Assembly: GCA_013239625.1 (NCBI GenBank)
Contig: MU054187.1
Location: forward strand, 4,475,757-4,539,756
Direction of reading: 5' to 3'
DNA: 64,000 nucleotides
DNA from: Lama guanicoe
Taxonomy: Eukaryota
Made by a program: the position numbers and the translations under genes. Under the pieces are notes generated by a model. The model worked only from the letters and a program-made list of their open reading frames with translations. It was not told the origin of the DNA and did not search any database. Shown here in pieces: positions 26,690 to 38,900 of the stretch (within the stretch, counting starts at the first letter, position 1; each line of letters starts with the position of its first letter).

Positions 26690-27460
26690 AACGTGTTCCC
26701 ACAGCGCCGACGCCCCTGTGCCTCCCGCCGGCCTGGGGGCGGACGCTGCGGGCTGCGTTGTTCCTCAGGCCCCCCTTGCGCGGGGCGGGGGGCAGAGGGG
26801 GTGGGTGAGGCCGTGACCGGCGCGGCTCCCCCGCGTCTGCCAAGCCCGACATCCCGCTGAGCGCTTTGCACCTGTTACCTGGTTTTCCATCCCAGCCACC
26901 CGGTAAGGTGGCGTCTGCGTGCCGTCCTGGGGCGGCCAAGGAAGCCGAGGTGCAGGTGTGGGTAAGTAACCTGCGTCGGGGACACGCAGCCCGTAGGCGA
27001 CAGAGCCCAGGGTTAAGCCAAGTTCGGGCTTATGATCAGTCCACATTGGTACTGTCACCGAGCAAGTGAGCAAAACGCCCTGCCTCCCAGACTCGTGCCC
27101 CTGAGTCCGAGGGCGCCTCCCGCCGTGGCACGCGGCTTCCGACGGAGCGAGGACGCAGCAGAGGCGCCGGCCGGGGCGCGCGAGGAGGCGGCCGGGCTGC
27201 GCCCCCCCCGTGGACGCCTTCTCGCCGAGCCGCCGCCTGCCCGCCCCGCCGCCTCCTTCCCCGCGTGGCTCTGGGAGGCCTTCGCGCTGTGCCGCTTCTC
27301 CCGGGGGCTTCCCCTTCCACCCTCCTCATCTCGGGTTCCGTGTCGGAATTGCCCTGTTGACTGCTCAGTAGTGGAGAGTGACGGACAATGTAGGGATAAG
27401 AAGGAACCAGGAGAAATTCCAGCCAGGGGACCTCGGGAAGGACGCCCGGTGTTCCCGCAG
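26690..27460. promoter_or_regulatory. Intronic CpG island (candidate alternative promoter or enhancer)
   Basis: About 770 bp of very GC-rich, CpG-dense sequence with GC boxes (ggggcggggg ~26782, cccgccccgcc ~27240). Confidence 0.75.
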
Positions 27461-27504
27461 GTAACTTCTTTCTCTGTGACTGTTTCCAGTCATTTCTTCC
27501 CCTT

Positions 27505-27655
27505 TTTTAGGGGAGGGTAGAGGGCGTGGGAAGTAATTAGGTTTACTTATTAATTAATTTATTTATTTCTATTTTTTAATGGAGGTACTGGGGGCTGAAC
27601 CCAGGATCTCGTTCCTGCCGAGCATGTGCTCTACCACGGAGCTCTACTCCCACCC
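27505..27655 (-). mobile_element. tRNA-Ala-derived SINE (Vic-1-like, longer tail)
   Basis: aagtaattaggtttac...(TTTA)n...atggaggtactgggggctgaacccaggatctcg...catgtgctctaccacggagct. Confidence 0.85.
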
Positions 27656-28124
27656 TCAGTAACTCACTTCTGAATGAGAATCCGTGCTTACAGACAGCTG
27701 GATCCCACCCCAGAAGTAGCTGCCCCGTTGCTGTAGCTCCAGTCAGGTGTTCTAGAACTCGGAGGGACAGAGTACCAGCCCGTGTTGTTGAGGTTCTGAT
27801 TTAGCTACCGAAGAGCTGAGTGGCAAAGAATCTACTACTTTCAGGACATGCCTCTGGGACCCCATGAAATTCCCAAGGTGAGGAAAGGAGCATGGGTGTG
27901 ACTGGGGGCAGTTATGTGAGACACCGGAGGGGCGGCTGGAATCAGTCAGCTGAGGTCATTGTCCATCAGACACAGGCCTCGCCCATCAGGCCACAGCACT
28001 TGGGTGGAGGCCGAGGGCTGGTGTTCGGAGCGTCCTCGTGAGAAGCAACCGTTGAAAGGATGCTCAGTGGACGCTGCTCTGGAGGCATATGAGAAACATG
28101 TTTCTCCCCTGACTTGCCATTTGA

Positions 28125-28280
28125 CCGTTCAGTCATCTCAGTACCAGTGCTCCTGGAGGCACTGATGCTGTGATGTCCTCAGAAAGCCTTCATTCTCGTG
28201 TAGAGGACAGACGACAAAGGAGTAAGACTTCAGGCAGTGACAAGTTCATGCAGAGAAGTAAGCGTTGTAAGAGGCTGGGG
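28125..28280 (-). mobile_element. LINE-2 3' fragment
   Basis: ccttcattctcgtgtagaggacagacgacaaa...ttcaggcagtgacaagttcatgcagagaagtaagc resembles the reverse L2 3' end. Confidence 0.5.
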
Positions 28281-31200
28281 AGAGGTGGGAGTCCAGATGC
28301 CATGCACCTGCTGGTCGGAGGCGGGAGTGGGGTGAACACGTGGGTCCTGGACCTCCTTGGTCCCTGTACCTACATGGTAGATGCGGCTTAAATTGTCTCA
28401 CTGACAGAAGAGCATCGTAGAGCCTCTGGTTTCTCCTCATGTCGGTCTGAGAAGTGTGGTCGAGTTCAGCAAACCAAGGAAAAGCTACTTGAATTCTATT
28501 CAGTGTTTGGTTCCCAGATTCCAACCGTCCGTCAGAGAATGCTCCTTAGACAAAGTCTTGAATCTAAAAAAAACGTGTATTGTAGGCCGGTGCAGCGTTT
28601 CAAACTCATTTTTTTTTATTATTGTGTCACTTGAATTGCCCAAGGAGTAGCCAGACAGCAGAAATTACACAGCATTTAGAGCCTTTGTACTTAGTCTGTG
28701 TTTCAGGTTGACTTTGTAAGGAACAGTGAGCCAGGCCTCCGCACCCTGGGTAGTCAGTGTACGGTAACCCCATCTTCATTTAGAAACCAGTCCTGTTCTG
28801 TCAAGTTACTGGTGGCCTCTGCTTGTCTTTCCTGCACTTTGTAACCTACGTCGCAGCGGTTTTCATCCCAGGTGTTCCAGCGTTTCTGCCGCATGCGGCT
28901 GACCCCTAGTGCACAAACACCCGCACGTCTTCTTCCTGGAACGCCTGACCCCGGGGTCGGTCCGGGGCGGCTGCTCTGAGCTGCTGAGCAGCTGCTGTGA
29001 CTTCTCGTGGGCAGAAAGCTAGAGCCGCCCTTGGCCGCTTCTTGGCTGGGGTGGGGGGCAGGGGTCCCCCTTTTCTCCGATTGCTGTATCTTTTCTTTGC
29101 AGGTTTATGTTTCCTATCTAAGCACATCCTCTGTAAGCCTCCCAAGCAAAGTGCCTGGGGTGGCTGCTTCTGAATCGCGGCGTGTCTGACAAGGGTTTTT
29201 ATTGTGCCTTCGCGCTTGAAGCAGGATTGCCCGGGCATAACGTTGTAGGTTAAGAAGCACTTTCCCTCCAGTGTGAGGGCCTGGCACTGCTGTTTTCTGA
29301 ATCAAGTGCTGCCCTCAGGAAGCCCGGTCCATGCAGGCACCTGTGTGAGTCCTGGATTCCTCTCGAAGCTCGGTGAGCTCTTTATCCTGATGATCTGAAA
29401 TTTTACAGTCCCGCCCTTCCATCTCACTAGCTGCTTACTGTCATTTCCTAAATAATTTCTCCCCTTCCATAGTCTTTGTTCTCTTTGCCTAGAATGTTAA
29501 TTATGTGAATATTGGACCTTCTGGATAAATCTCAGTTTTGTCATGGAAGAAATCTTTGTATCAATTAAATATTTAATTTCCAACTCTTATTTTTCCCTCT
29601 TTATTTTTTAAGAGCATTTGGGTTCTTAATTTAGGGCTGCAGCAGCCTCACGTATTTCTCTAGACGATTTCCTAGACCTTTTGAAGTTTTCATCAAATGT
29701 CCTTTGAATTTCTCATTTTCCTCCAAGTTCCTTTTTTTTTTTCCTGTTTGATTACTCGAGCCTCTGGCTTTCACTGAGATGCCTGGCTGCCCATGAATAC
29801 TTCAAAGGGAGTTGCTGAGCTTTGGACGGGATCTCAGTGTGTGAAGTGGGGTTGCTGATGGCAGGACGCACTGGATGGTATTCTGTGGGAGCCAGATTTC
29901 TCCAGATTGGAACCCCGGAAGTTCAGTAGGTGCCCCGTTCCCCTCGTCCCGACATGAACACACATGTAAACACATACACGCGCACATACACACACCTCTA
30001 CTCGAGACTGATCAGCTTCTTCAGAGGGAGAAAAGTTCCTTCCTGGAAAGCATCGTCTGCCCTGCAGCTGGCGTGGGGGGAGCTCGGGGGGGTGGTGAGC
30101 TACAGGGCCCCCACTCAGCACCTTCATGGGAACTCAGTCCTGCCTTCGGCCCCTTTCTGCCCACCTGGGGGTCCTCTGGGCAGTGGTGGGTGGGGGACTG
30201 GCCTCGGTGCCATGTCACGGAGGAGCCTCGGGGACCCCCCAGTACTGTGCTTGGGGTTTTAGGGGCTCCTTATTTTCAGCTTGGCTTCTCAGCCCTACTC
30301 TGGCCTGTCCTGTTCCAGGGTCCCGCCTCTTTGGGGGGTGTGGCCGGGAACACCCTGTCACTTTCCCTGGAATCTCCCACTAGACACTTGGGGTGTGAGG
30401 CCCATTAGGTTAGTTACTCCCCGTCCTTCCCCTTTGTGTCTCTCTTGCTCTTTTTGCCTTTTTTATTATCTTACTCTCAATTTAACAGGGCTTGGGAAAT
30501 AAAGGGGGGTGAACAAAAGAAGTCACTCTATTCTTCTGAACCCAAAGTTACATTTGGAATTTTTTTTCACTTTCTGTAATATATTTCACCTTGTGTGAAT
30601 CATAGCAGTCAGTTTTGTCAGCTAATAATATTCTCCGTACGATTTGTCCATCTTTAGGAGCCATTGTGCAGAAAGAGCTAAACTCTAACACATGAACAGG
30701 ACACAGTACAGATGTTCATACGGATGGTGATTATGAATTACCTGATGATTAACGTGACTCTGCTTCGTGCAGATGATGGAGAAGAGTTTGTCACCTGGTG
30801 CTAGACCATTTTCATTGCTGCTCTGATGACAGATTCTGAGATAGGGTTTCCATCTGCACAGACTTCCTTTGGAAGACAGAATAAAAGCAGATTCCTAACT
30901 TAATTAATAGTGTGTGTGACAGGGATTCAGTTTTGTTCAATTTCTGTGGAAGATGTTATTCTGATTCTTTTTACAAGTGAGGAGGATTTGATATCCATAC
31001 AGGAAAGGGTTTTAAATTTTATATCCTCCCTCACAGCTCTGCTAATCTGCTTATTACCTTGTCTCGTTTGTATCTAGTTCTGTTTTTTTTTTATTTGGGA
31101 AGGGGGTGGTCCCTGGTTAATTAATAAAAATGTCAACCTAGAGTCATTGATAATGGAAGCACTTAACCCTGAAAAAACAAAAACAAAACAAACAAACAAA

Positions 31201-32122
31201 CAAAAAACCGGGTTCCCAGGTCACCTCTTCTTGGCCACGAGGGCTAATAATTAGGCCTGGGCCGGTTCTGTGGATTAGGGGCCACATACACCGGCAGAAC
31301 CTTCACACCGGATTAACTAGGATGCTCGGTCACAGTGCAGTAAAATGAACTGGACCAGATGGGCCTTTTAAGTCCCTTCTGACTCTAAAATCTGTGAAAC
31401 CTTCAGCTTTTTTGATCGCAAAGCACATGGGCCGTTGCTCAGAGGACGTACGTGATTGGTCTGTTCCTGGGTTGCTCTGTCTGCCCGAAAACCTTCATCC
31501 TCAAAGCCAAACGCTAGTTATAAATAGAGACTGTGACTCCACGTCGCATTGCCCACCTAGCTGTTCTCGCGAGGCCTTGCTATAACCTTTGCTTACAGTC
31601 GTAAAATCCCGGAAAAGCCGCCATTCCCCGTTCCCTAGTGACCTGTGTCACGGGAGGTGGAGGGCGGAGAGGGACACGTTCTGTACTGGCCTGGGGCATC
31701 TTTGAGACAGACCAGAGGCTCAGAGAAACGTTATTTATTTATTTATTTAGCCTCACTAATTCTCAAACAGGTGACCATGTTTAAATGGAGCTAAAGTTTC
31801 CAAAGTGAGTGTTGTTTTGAGAACTTTGCTGACCACGTTACACACGTCTCTGTTAGAATGCTCATCAAAACAGAATGAATGAGGTAGACTTAGGAAAGAT
31901 CTAACATGATATTTCTGAATCTTGTTCTTAGTAGATTACAGAGAAACTGGGGAATTTAAAAAGAAAAGCAAGTGATTCCTTTGTCAGTTTGGTAGACCAA
32001 GAAGGCAGTTCTACTCCAATCCTCTTCTCTTTGTTGCTGATTATTTGACAAAACACATACAGGACTTGTGTGCTATAAACCACAGAAGTCTGATAAGGGA
32101 AATCAGAACAGGGCTGTATCGA

Positions 32123-32245
32123 TGGAGAGACATCCCATGTTAACGGACCGGGAGACTCACTCTGGTAAAGGTGCCGGTTCTCCCCCCAGCGCTAAGCCAG
32201 TTGAATGCGGCACCCCTCACAATCCCAGGCAGGTATTTCTGTAGG
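32123..32245 (+). mobile_element. Decayed LINE-1 ORF2 fragment
   Basis: Translates WRDIPC*RTGRLTLVKVPVLPPALSQLNAAPLTIP, matching the L1 ORF2 motif [35 protein letters not shown], with an in-frame stop. Confidence 0.75.
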
Positions 32246-32394
32246 CATGGTTTCTGTTTTGATGCATTTCTTTTTTACAAGAACATCTGGCCTTTCTGTG
32301 GGACTTGAGAACAATACATTGGCCAGGGAGATGATTTTTCAGTAATACCAGGTACTTGTAGTGCTTTCGATTAGAAATAACACGTTTACGGCAA

Positions 32395-32610
32395 ACACCA
32401 AGTGCCTGCCCTCTGTGTGGGAGCCCCCATCCTCGGTCGTCTCTGTAGTCAAGTAATCAGCAGGTAAAGACGCTGTTATTGTCCACGTGTCACAGAAAGG
32501 AAGACGGAAGCACAGAGGGGGAGAGGTACTTGCCCGAGGCCACCGAGCTAGAAGTACGGAAGCAGGGTTCACATGTAGACCAACTTGAGTCCGAGTCTGC
32601 TCTCACTCAG
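32395..32610 (-). mobile_element. MIR SINE fragment
   Basis: gttattgtccacgtgtcacagaaaggaagacggaagcacagag...tacttgcccgaggccaccgagctagaagt. Confidence 0.65.
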
Positions 32611-34149
32611 TGTTCCTGCCCCTCCAGGGGTCCTGGTGCCTCCTCGGTTTCAGCCAAGTGCCCTCTCAGAGAGCCCTGCTAATCCTCCAGCCCCTCACTG
32701 CCTAGTCCCTGCACGGCTCTGCTCCGCGGCTCCCCAGGAACACTCCGGTTCCAGCTGGAGCGCAGTGCCCAAGGACTGCGCTAAATTGCCCAGCTGAAAA
32801 GGAGTATTTGATACTTTCGAGAACAACTTTTTTTTTTGGAAATTTTTATTTAAAAGAACCTTGCCCATCTGTCAGAGAAGGATGACTCTAGAAGCATTGT
32901 CGTTTGCCCTGCAAGTGGGAGAAATGGAGTTTAGAGCGACGCCTCGCTTCTTTTAGGTATCAGAGAAAAGAGGTCACCTCACAATGTTTATCATAATATT
33001 TGAAAAAAGCTGGCATTGAAAAATGAGGGGTTGACTATTGAGTCATTCTTTATGCAAAGACTAGAAATGGACTACTGAATTATTTTCTGAGATAGACAGT
33101 AGCTTTTTTTTCCCTATGGTTTCCTTTTTCCAGTGTCTCCGTAGACAAATTTCATTTTAATGGTCAATTGTAGCTTGATCAAAGGAGCAGTGTGGTCTTT
33201 ATATTATATGTATTGGGTTCATTTATTGAAGTGTCTTTCTACTTGTAAACACAGGAAGGCTCCTAACCTCCTTGAGTTCTGGAAAGAGCGACTGGAGTGA
33301 TTGCAAGGACCTTCGTAAGTAAAATAGGTGAACATGAACATTTATAAGCCTCCGTCTGTCTTTAAGGCTATTAAACAAAATAGAAAAATCCAATCCCCTC
33401 CCTCTAGAAATCGATAAAGAATAAAGAATATCACCAAACCACTGGACTCCCTCTAAGTTAATGGGAGAGGAGATGACATCAATCTGCACGTTCAGCTGGA
33501 GGCATAGACTTTGCATCCACAGTGGTTTCCAGCAACACCTCCCCGTCGGGAGCCCATGGCTTCCTTTCACAGGCGTGCCAGGTCCCAACTGCAGACGTCT
33601 ATAACTCAGTTACTCGGTGTATTGCAGCTGCCAGTTAATATGTTTTCTAAAGAATTTGTGATGACATGAGAAACGTAAGCTGACACACTGCGTGCAAATA
33701 TAACGGCTGTTAGCACGTTTCTTACGAGACCGTCAGCTCTTGGTAACGTCAGATGCTGCCTCTGACCTCCAGTCCCAACCACTCCTTCCTCTTCCCTGCA
33801 CGTCACCCCTCAGCCCAGCAGACGGCTCCGGGGGGTGATTCCTTGGTCAGCCTGCAAACTCATGGGGGCAGCTGGGGAGTCTGTGCCCTGCTTAAAGAGC
33901 TCTACACTTTCTGTATATAGAAACATGCTGTATAAGAAGAGAATTCTGGGCCATAAAGGATGTCAGAGATCAGCCATGGTGCAGAGCCAGGAGGACAGAA
34001 AGGAAAGGTTGACCACATTCCAGGGCACAGCAGGGTCCTACTGCCTCTTCCTCCCTCCCCTCTCATTCGTTCACGCCACCTCACCCATACCCTCCTCTTC
34101 TTTGCTATCTCTTAGGAGACAATCCACTTACTAAAATATCCTGGCACCT

Positions 34150-34310
34150 TTCATTTTTTATTGAAGTGTAGTCAGTTGCAATGTTGTATCACTTCCTGGT
34201 GCACAGCATCATGTTTCAGTCATGCATATACACACTTACATTCATCTTCATACTCGTTTTCTTACAGGTTACTACAGGATGTTAAATAGGGTTCCCTGTG
34301 CTCTACAGTA
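34150..34310 (-). mobile_element. LINE-1 3' end fragment
   Basis: tttttattgaagtgtagtcagttgcaatgttg...aggttactacaggatgttaaatagggttccctgtgctctacagta. Confidence 0.8.
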
Positions 34311-35260
34311 TATTCTATTTAATTATTCTTTTGGTGATTAGTAACTTATACACAGTTTATATTCAGACTTGCCTTCTGTCTGTGTGTTTCCTCTGTCCTT
34401 GCATTCCCAGCTTTTGGCTTTGAACACAGTAAATCAAATCTCAGCAGCAAGAAAAGTGTCAAAGGACCACAGAACTTACTATTCGTCAGCCACGTCCCCT
34501 CAAGGACCCGTCCTCCACTGCAGAAATCCCCTCTAAAATTTCTTGGGCTGATGGGAAGCCTTTGTCTGCACGAGTCCATCCTGGAGTAAAAATCTCACTC
34601 TTTACAAAGGAGTCAATTCCAGTTCAGGACAATTGTAATTGTCCAAAAATTCTTCCTTCAGTCAGTCTGAAATTGCCTCTACCGTCTGTGTGGTTCGTCT
34701 GGTAGCATTTTCTCCAGCCCGTTAAAAAGAGCAGTGGCTAGCCGTGTCACTGGCCCCCCCCCCCCGCAGTAAGCTAGGGCCTGGGGCCATCCCTGGGGTG
34801 CAGGTAAGGAACTCGAGGGTTAGAGAGACCTGAGGTCATGGGGGATAAAGGGTAGGGGTCGGGGGAGCCAAGTTCTGACCCCAGACCCTGGAGGATGCAC
34901 CTCCATGAGCCCCTTCCCCTTCAGGGTCACACCTGCTGTCTGGGCCCCTCTCTCCTCGCTGTTTTCTTCCCCCATGAGGTCTTCTGTCCTCTGTTCTCAG
35001 ACGCCTTTTCCCCGTCCTCCCACTGGAATGGTTAGGAGTTACTATGCTCATTTCCCACTCGGGCACTCCCAGCCCTGGTGCCCTGGAACCCAGCTGTAGA
35101 ATCGCTCACCTTGACTCTGAGTTGTGCAGTCTGCGGGCTGGCACGTCGTCAGACGGCCACACTGCGGTCTGTTTCAGTCACATCAGTGTCTCCTGCGCCT
35201 GGAACGTGCCTGGCCCCTGACAGGCACCGATGGTCTTTGTCAAAGGATGGAATTTCCTGT

Positions 35261-35933
35261 CCTTGGCTGTTACACACTCTAAATTCTTTGCTGTTTTTCC
35301 CCAGGATCTCTGATTCCCCTTTGATCAACCTGAGATTTACAGAAGCAATACATTCTTGCTCTGTCTTCCAGGAGGTAAAATTACCAGTCATCAGATGATT
35401 TGCTTTGGGCAGGAGGAGAAGCAAATGGGGAGTTGTCACACTGTCACTGTCAGGCGTTGCCTCTGTGGCAGGTCGGCATCTGCACCGGACGGTCACGCTG
35501 CCTCGCTGGGGTCTGCTTTCCCGCAGGAGCACCGCCACCATTTTTCTCACGCGTCAGCATCGGCAGGTGCTGTGTGCGTCCACCCCAGGCTCCGAGGGGC
35601 TCCTTAGGTCCGCCTTCACCCACAGCAGCGCCTTCCCCCCACTCCTTCAGAGCTGTCATCTCAACAGAGGTCTCCTCTGATGTCGCAGGCCAGCTGTGGA
35701 AAGTCCCACGCACCCTCCTGGCACCTGTAGGCCGTGACTTACCGCAGATTAAAGTTTCCACTTCTCGTTTTTATTCCTCCTGCCCAAAGCAAGTCATCTG
35801 ATGAATTAGAATTTTATCTCCTGGAAGACAGAGCAAGAATGTATTGCTTCTGCTAATTTCAGGTTGATCGACGGGGAATCAGAGACGCAGGGGGAAAACG
35901 GCGAAGAGCTCGCAGAGTGTGTAGTAGCCAGGG
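35261..35933. repeat. Long inverted repeat: arms 35261-35417 and 35775-35933, 357-bp spacer
   Basis: 35340-35374 is the exact reverse complement of 35818-35852 (35 bp). 35388-35417 vs 35775-35804 has one mismatch. Roughly 85% identity overall by hand alignment. Confidence 0.95.
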
Positions 35934-38900
35934 AGGCAGTGTGACGTCTGTCCTGCGTCACCTGCATGGCTTTCCTCTTCCTGGCGTATCGCCCTGGTCA
36001 GCTGACCATCGTGTGCTCAGTTCTGCTGTCTCAGCGAAGACGCCCGCTCTCAGTCCTACTCGCGCTTCCAGCCTCCGGCGCCTCCCAAAGCTCCTGGGCC
36101 CCGCCAGCCCCCATCCGCTCCGTTCTCTCCAGAACCCCCCGCCGATCACTTTCCCAAAAACTCTTCTTACTGGAATCAGCGGCAGTTTCCACCCTGCTGA
36201 ACCCTGGTGCTCCCCTTCTTGTTAGCACCTGCACTTCTCAAACTGAAGATTCTGCTTAATTATTTTTTGCCGCATTTACGAGTTCCACGTAGTGCTCACT
36301 GTGTTCGCCGCCTGCAGATCGTAGGTGCTCGGTAAACGTTATCTTCTAATGAACAAACCCATTCCTGCTGCTTCCTGCGTTCCAGCTCTCCCGTCTGCAT
36401 AAACGTGCTTAATCAGGCCCCTGTGGGGGTCTGGCCTCTGGAGCGCAGGAGGGTCGCAGGAAGTTGTCTTTGCCACGCTGGGGGGTCTCCGTGGTCTGGA
36501 GGGGCTGGCCCCATCCTCCAGGGAAGCACTGAGAAGTCTGATTTTTATCTAGTCGAGTGATGACTAGCCTGTTACCTTTCTGTTGTTCAGAAGATACTCT
36601 TATTTCCTTAGCAAGATATTGCAATGATTATTTTCCACTAAGGAGGGTGCAGTGAGATGTTGTGAGCCCCTCAGAGAACCTTACCAAAGAGCTTTACTGT
36701 CACTGCCACACACTGGATTCTTCGGGCCTGTCTTGTATATTTATGAATGCCTTCTGCTCACAGAGCTTCCAGAACATCTTCCTGCCCCTGACTCCCCCTC
36801 ACTGTTTTATCCTCTGGCACAGCAAGTACTGGGGACCACAGCATCTCCCTGCGGTGGGTACCCAGGCCCTGCCACCGCGGCAGGAGAGGGGCTTCGTAAT
36901 GGGAGCAGCCTGGTGACCCCCGGGTTGGGGGTGGGTAGGAGGGGCCCACAAGTGCTCCTTGCTCCCCGCCTTCCTGGCTCATGTCCACTCGTGTCCCTCT
37001 GCCTGCTGCTTTAGTTCCCAGAGCAGGGCTGGGACGGGGCTGGGCAACCGCAGTGAACTTCTGAGTCGTCCCTGAGCTCCTCGTCGCTCAGTCCCCAGGA
37101 CAGCGCTGCAAGCACAGACTGCAGCAAAGCCTTGTTCACCCTGCACCATTGTAGACGTGGAGGTGGCTGATGGAAGCCGTGGTGAGAGCGGAAGGTTAAA
37201 ATGTGTGCTGCGGTAACAGGTGTCTGCAGACGTCCGTGTCTCACTTTGAGGATTATTGTTTGTCCCGCAGTTCCATCTGAATCTTCAAAAGTGGAAAAGC
37301 AGTCTTTTCTGAGTACACTCGGGGCAGGGCACTGGTTGTGCTAACAGGTGCTGGACTCGGAGCGATTCACGAGGTGGAAGAGCGTCCCAGGGGCCCCCGG
37401 GCCAGCGAGGTCAGCAGTCTCGGGTACGTGTGAAGTGAACCCGCTGGTTCTGCCTCAATGTGCTCCCTGGCATCGATTTCCCTTTGGGCCACATTGGTGT
37501 TCCAAGCGCAGGTCAGGGCTAGTGTGTCCGCTAAGTTGTGAATCAGCAGGACCTGTGCACGGGTGTGCTGTTCCCGCACACTCTCCAGCCATAAGGAGGC
37601 ACCCGGAGTGCTGTTCCCAACTTATAAACAGTGTACCCCAAGTTCCGCTTCCCAGGTTCTTCATCTGACACCATCACTGACCCTTTACAACATAAAATGA
37701 TGCGCTAGATCGTTACTGAGGGTTTAGCATTTTAGATTTTGGTTCAAGTTGGTGCCCGTTTTAGTGAGTGCCTACTGTGTGCACGGCTGGGGGCGTTAGT
37801 CAGAAGTGGTAGTAAAAGCAAGTTATCCCTGCTCCCCAGTGCTCGGTGCGGTCAGGATGGAACACCGCCTCACGTCGCTTATTCTTCTTTTATCCCTCAC
37901 TTAGCACTTTCGCCAGCGTTCCGCTACCTTACAGTCAGTGGTGCCAAGAAAGAAAATTAAATAGATGGAACTCACTTTATAAACATTTTTCCCTTCTCTG
38001 CTTGTGCATTCAAGCTGTGAGCAAGTAACATGATTATCTGATTTAACAAAAAGTTAAAAAGATTTCTTCCCCTCTTCTTCCTGCTGGGGGAAACTGGTTC
38101 TAAGCAGTGAGTGACCAAAAGAGTAGGTCTTAGATCTTAGGAACTAAAATATCATTAGCATGCCTTCCTAAGGTAAATACATTCACGTATCTTTTTAAGA
38201 GCTGGAGTGACAGTGTGACACGGTGAGGTGGACCAAGTGTAGGTATGCAGATCTGGTGTGGAGCCCCCGGCCACACAGTAGCGGAATTTCTTAGACAACT
38301 CTGTTGGTGTCTTTGGACATCAGTTGACTCGTCTGTGAAATGGGGATAATAACACTTGTTTTAGAGATGCCAGTGGGATTGAATTTTAAAACCTGTAAAA
38401 TGCATTATTTTATGTGCTTAATACAAAATGGTCATTATGAACAGGTTAATTTTTAAACATAATTTAGACAGCAGTTTTCTAAATACATTCACAGTGAACT
38501 TGGTCCACTCCCCCCAAAAATGCTGCTTTACTTTTTCTTCATTCAAGTTGAAATGTTTCACAGTTTTAATATATATTTATTTCAGAGTAAATATCCTTTG
38601 CCCCAAGGCTGTTCCCTGGGAATTTAAAATATTTTCTCAAATAAAGTTTCGATCTATATTGTTACCTGCTCCGGCTGCCACAGAGTATGTACAAGTCTAC
38701 ACAGCTTAAAAAAAAAACACAGTATACAAAGTGCAGATGCTTCAAATCCACGTGGGTGGGAGAACTGGATGCAGGGTCCCAGGTCCACATGGCCCTGGGT
38801 CCTGGCTGGGGCTCCCTGGGTACCTCTCACAAGTACTTACCCTCCTGCTGGTACAGGACGGTAATTGTGAGGGTGCGTGAGGTGGTGACTGTGAGCCCAG

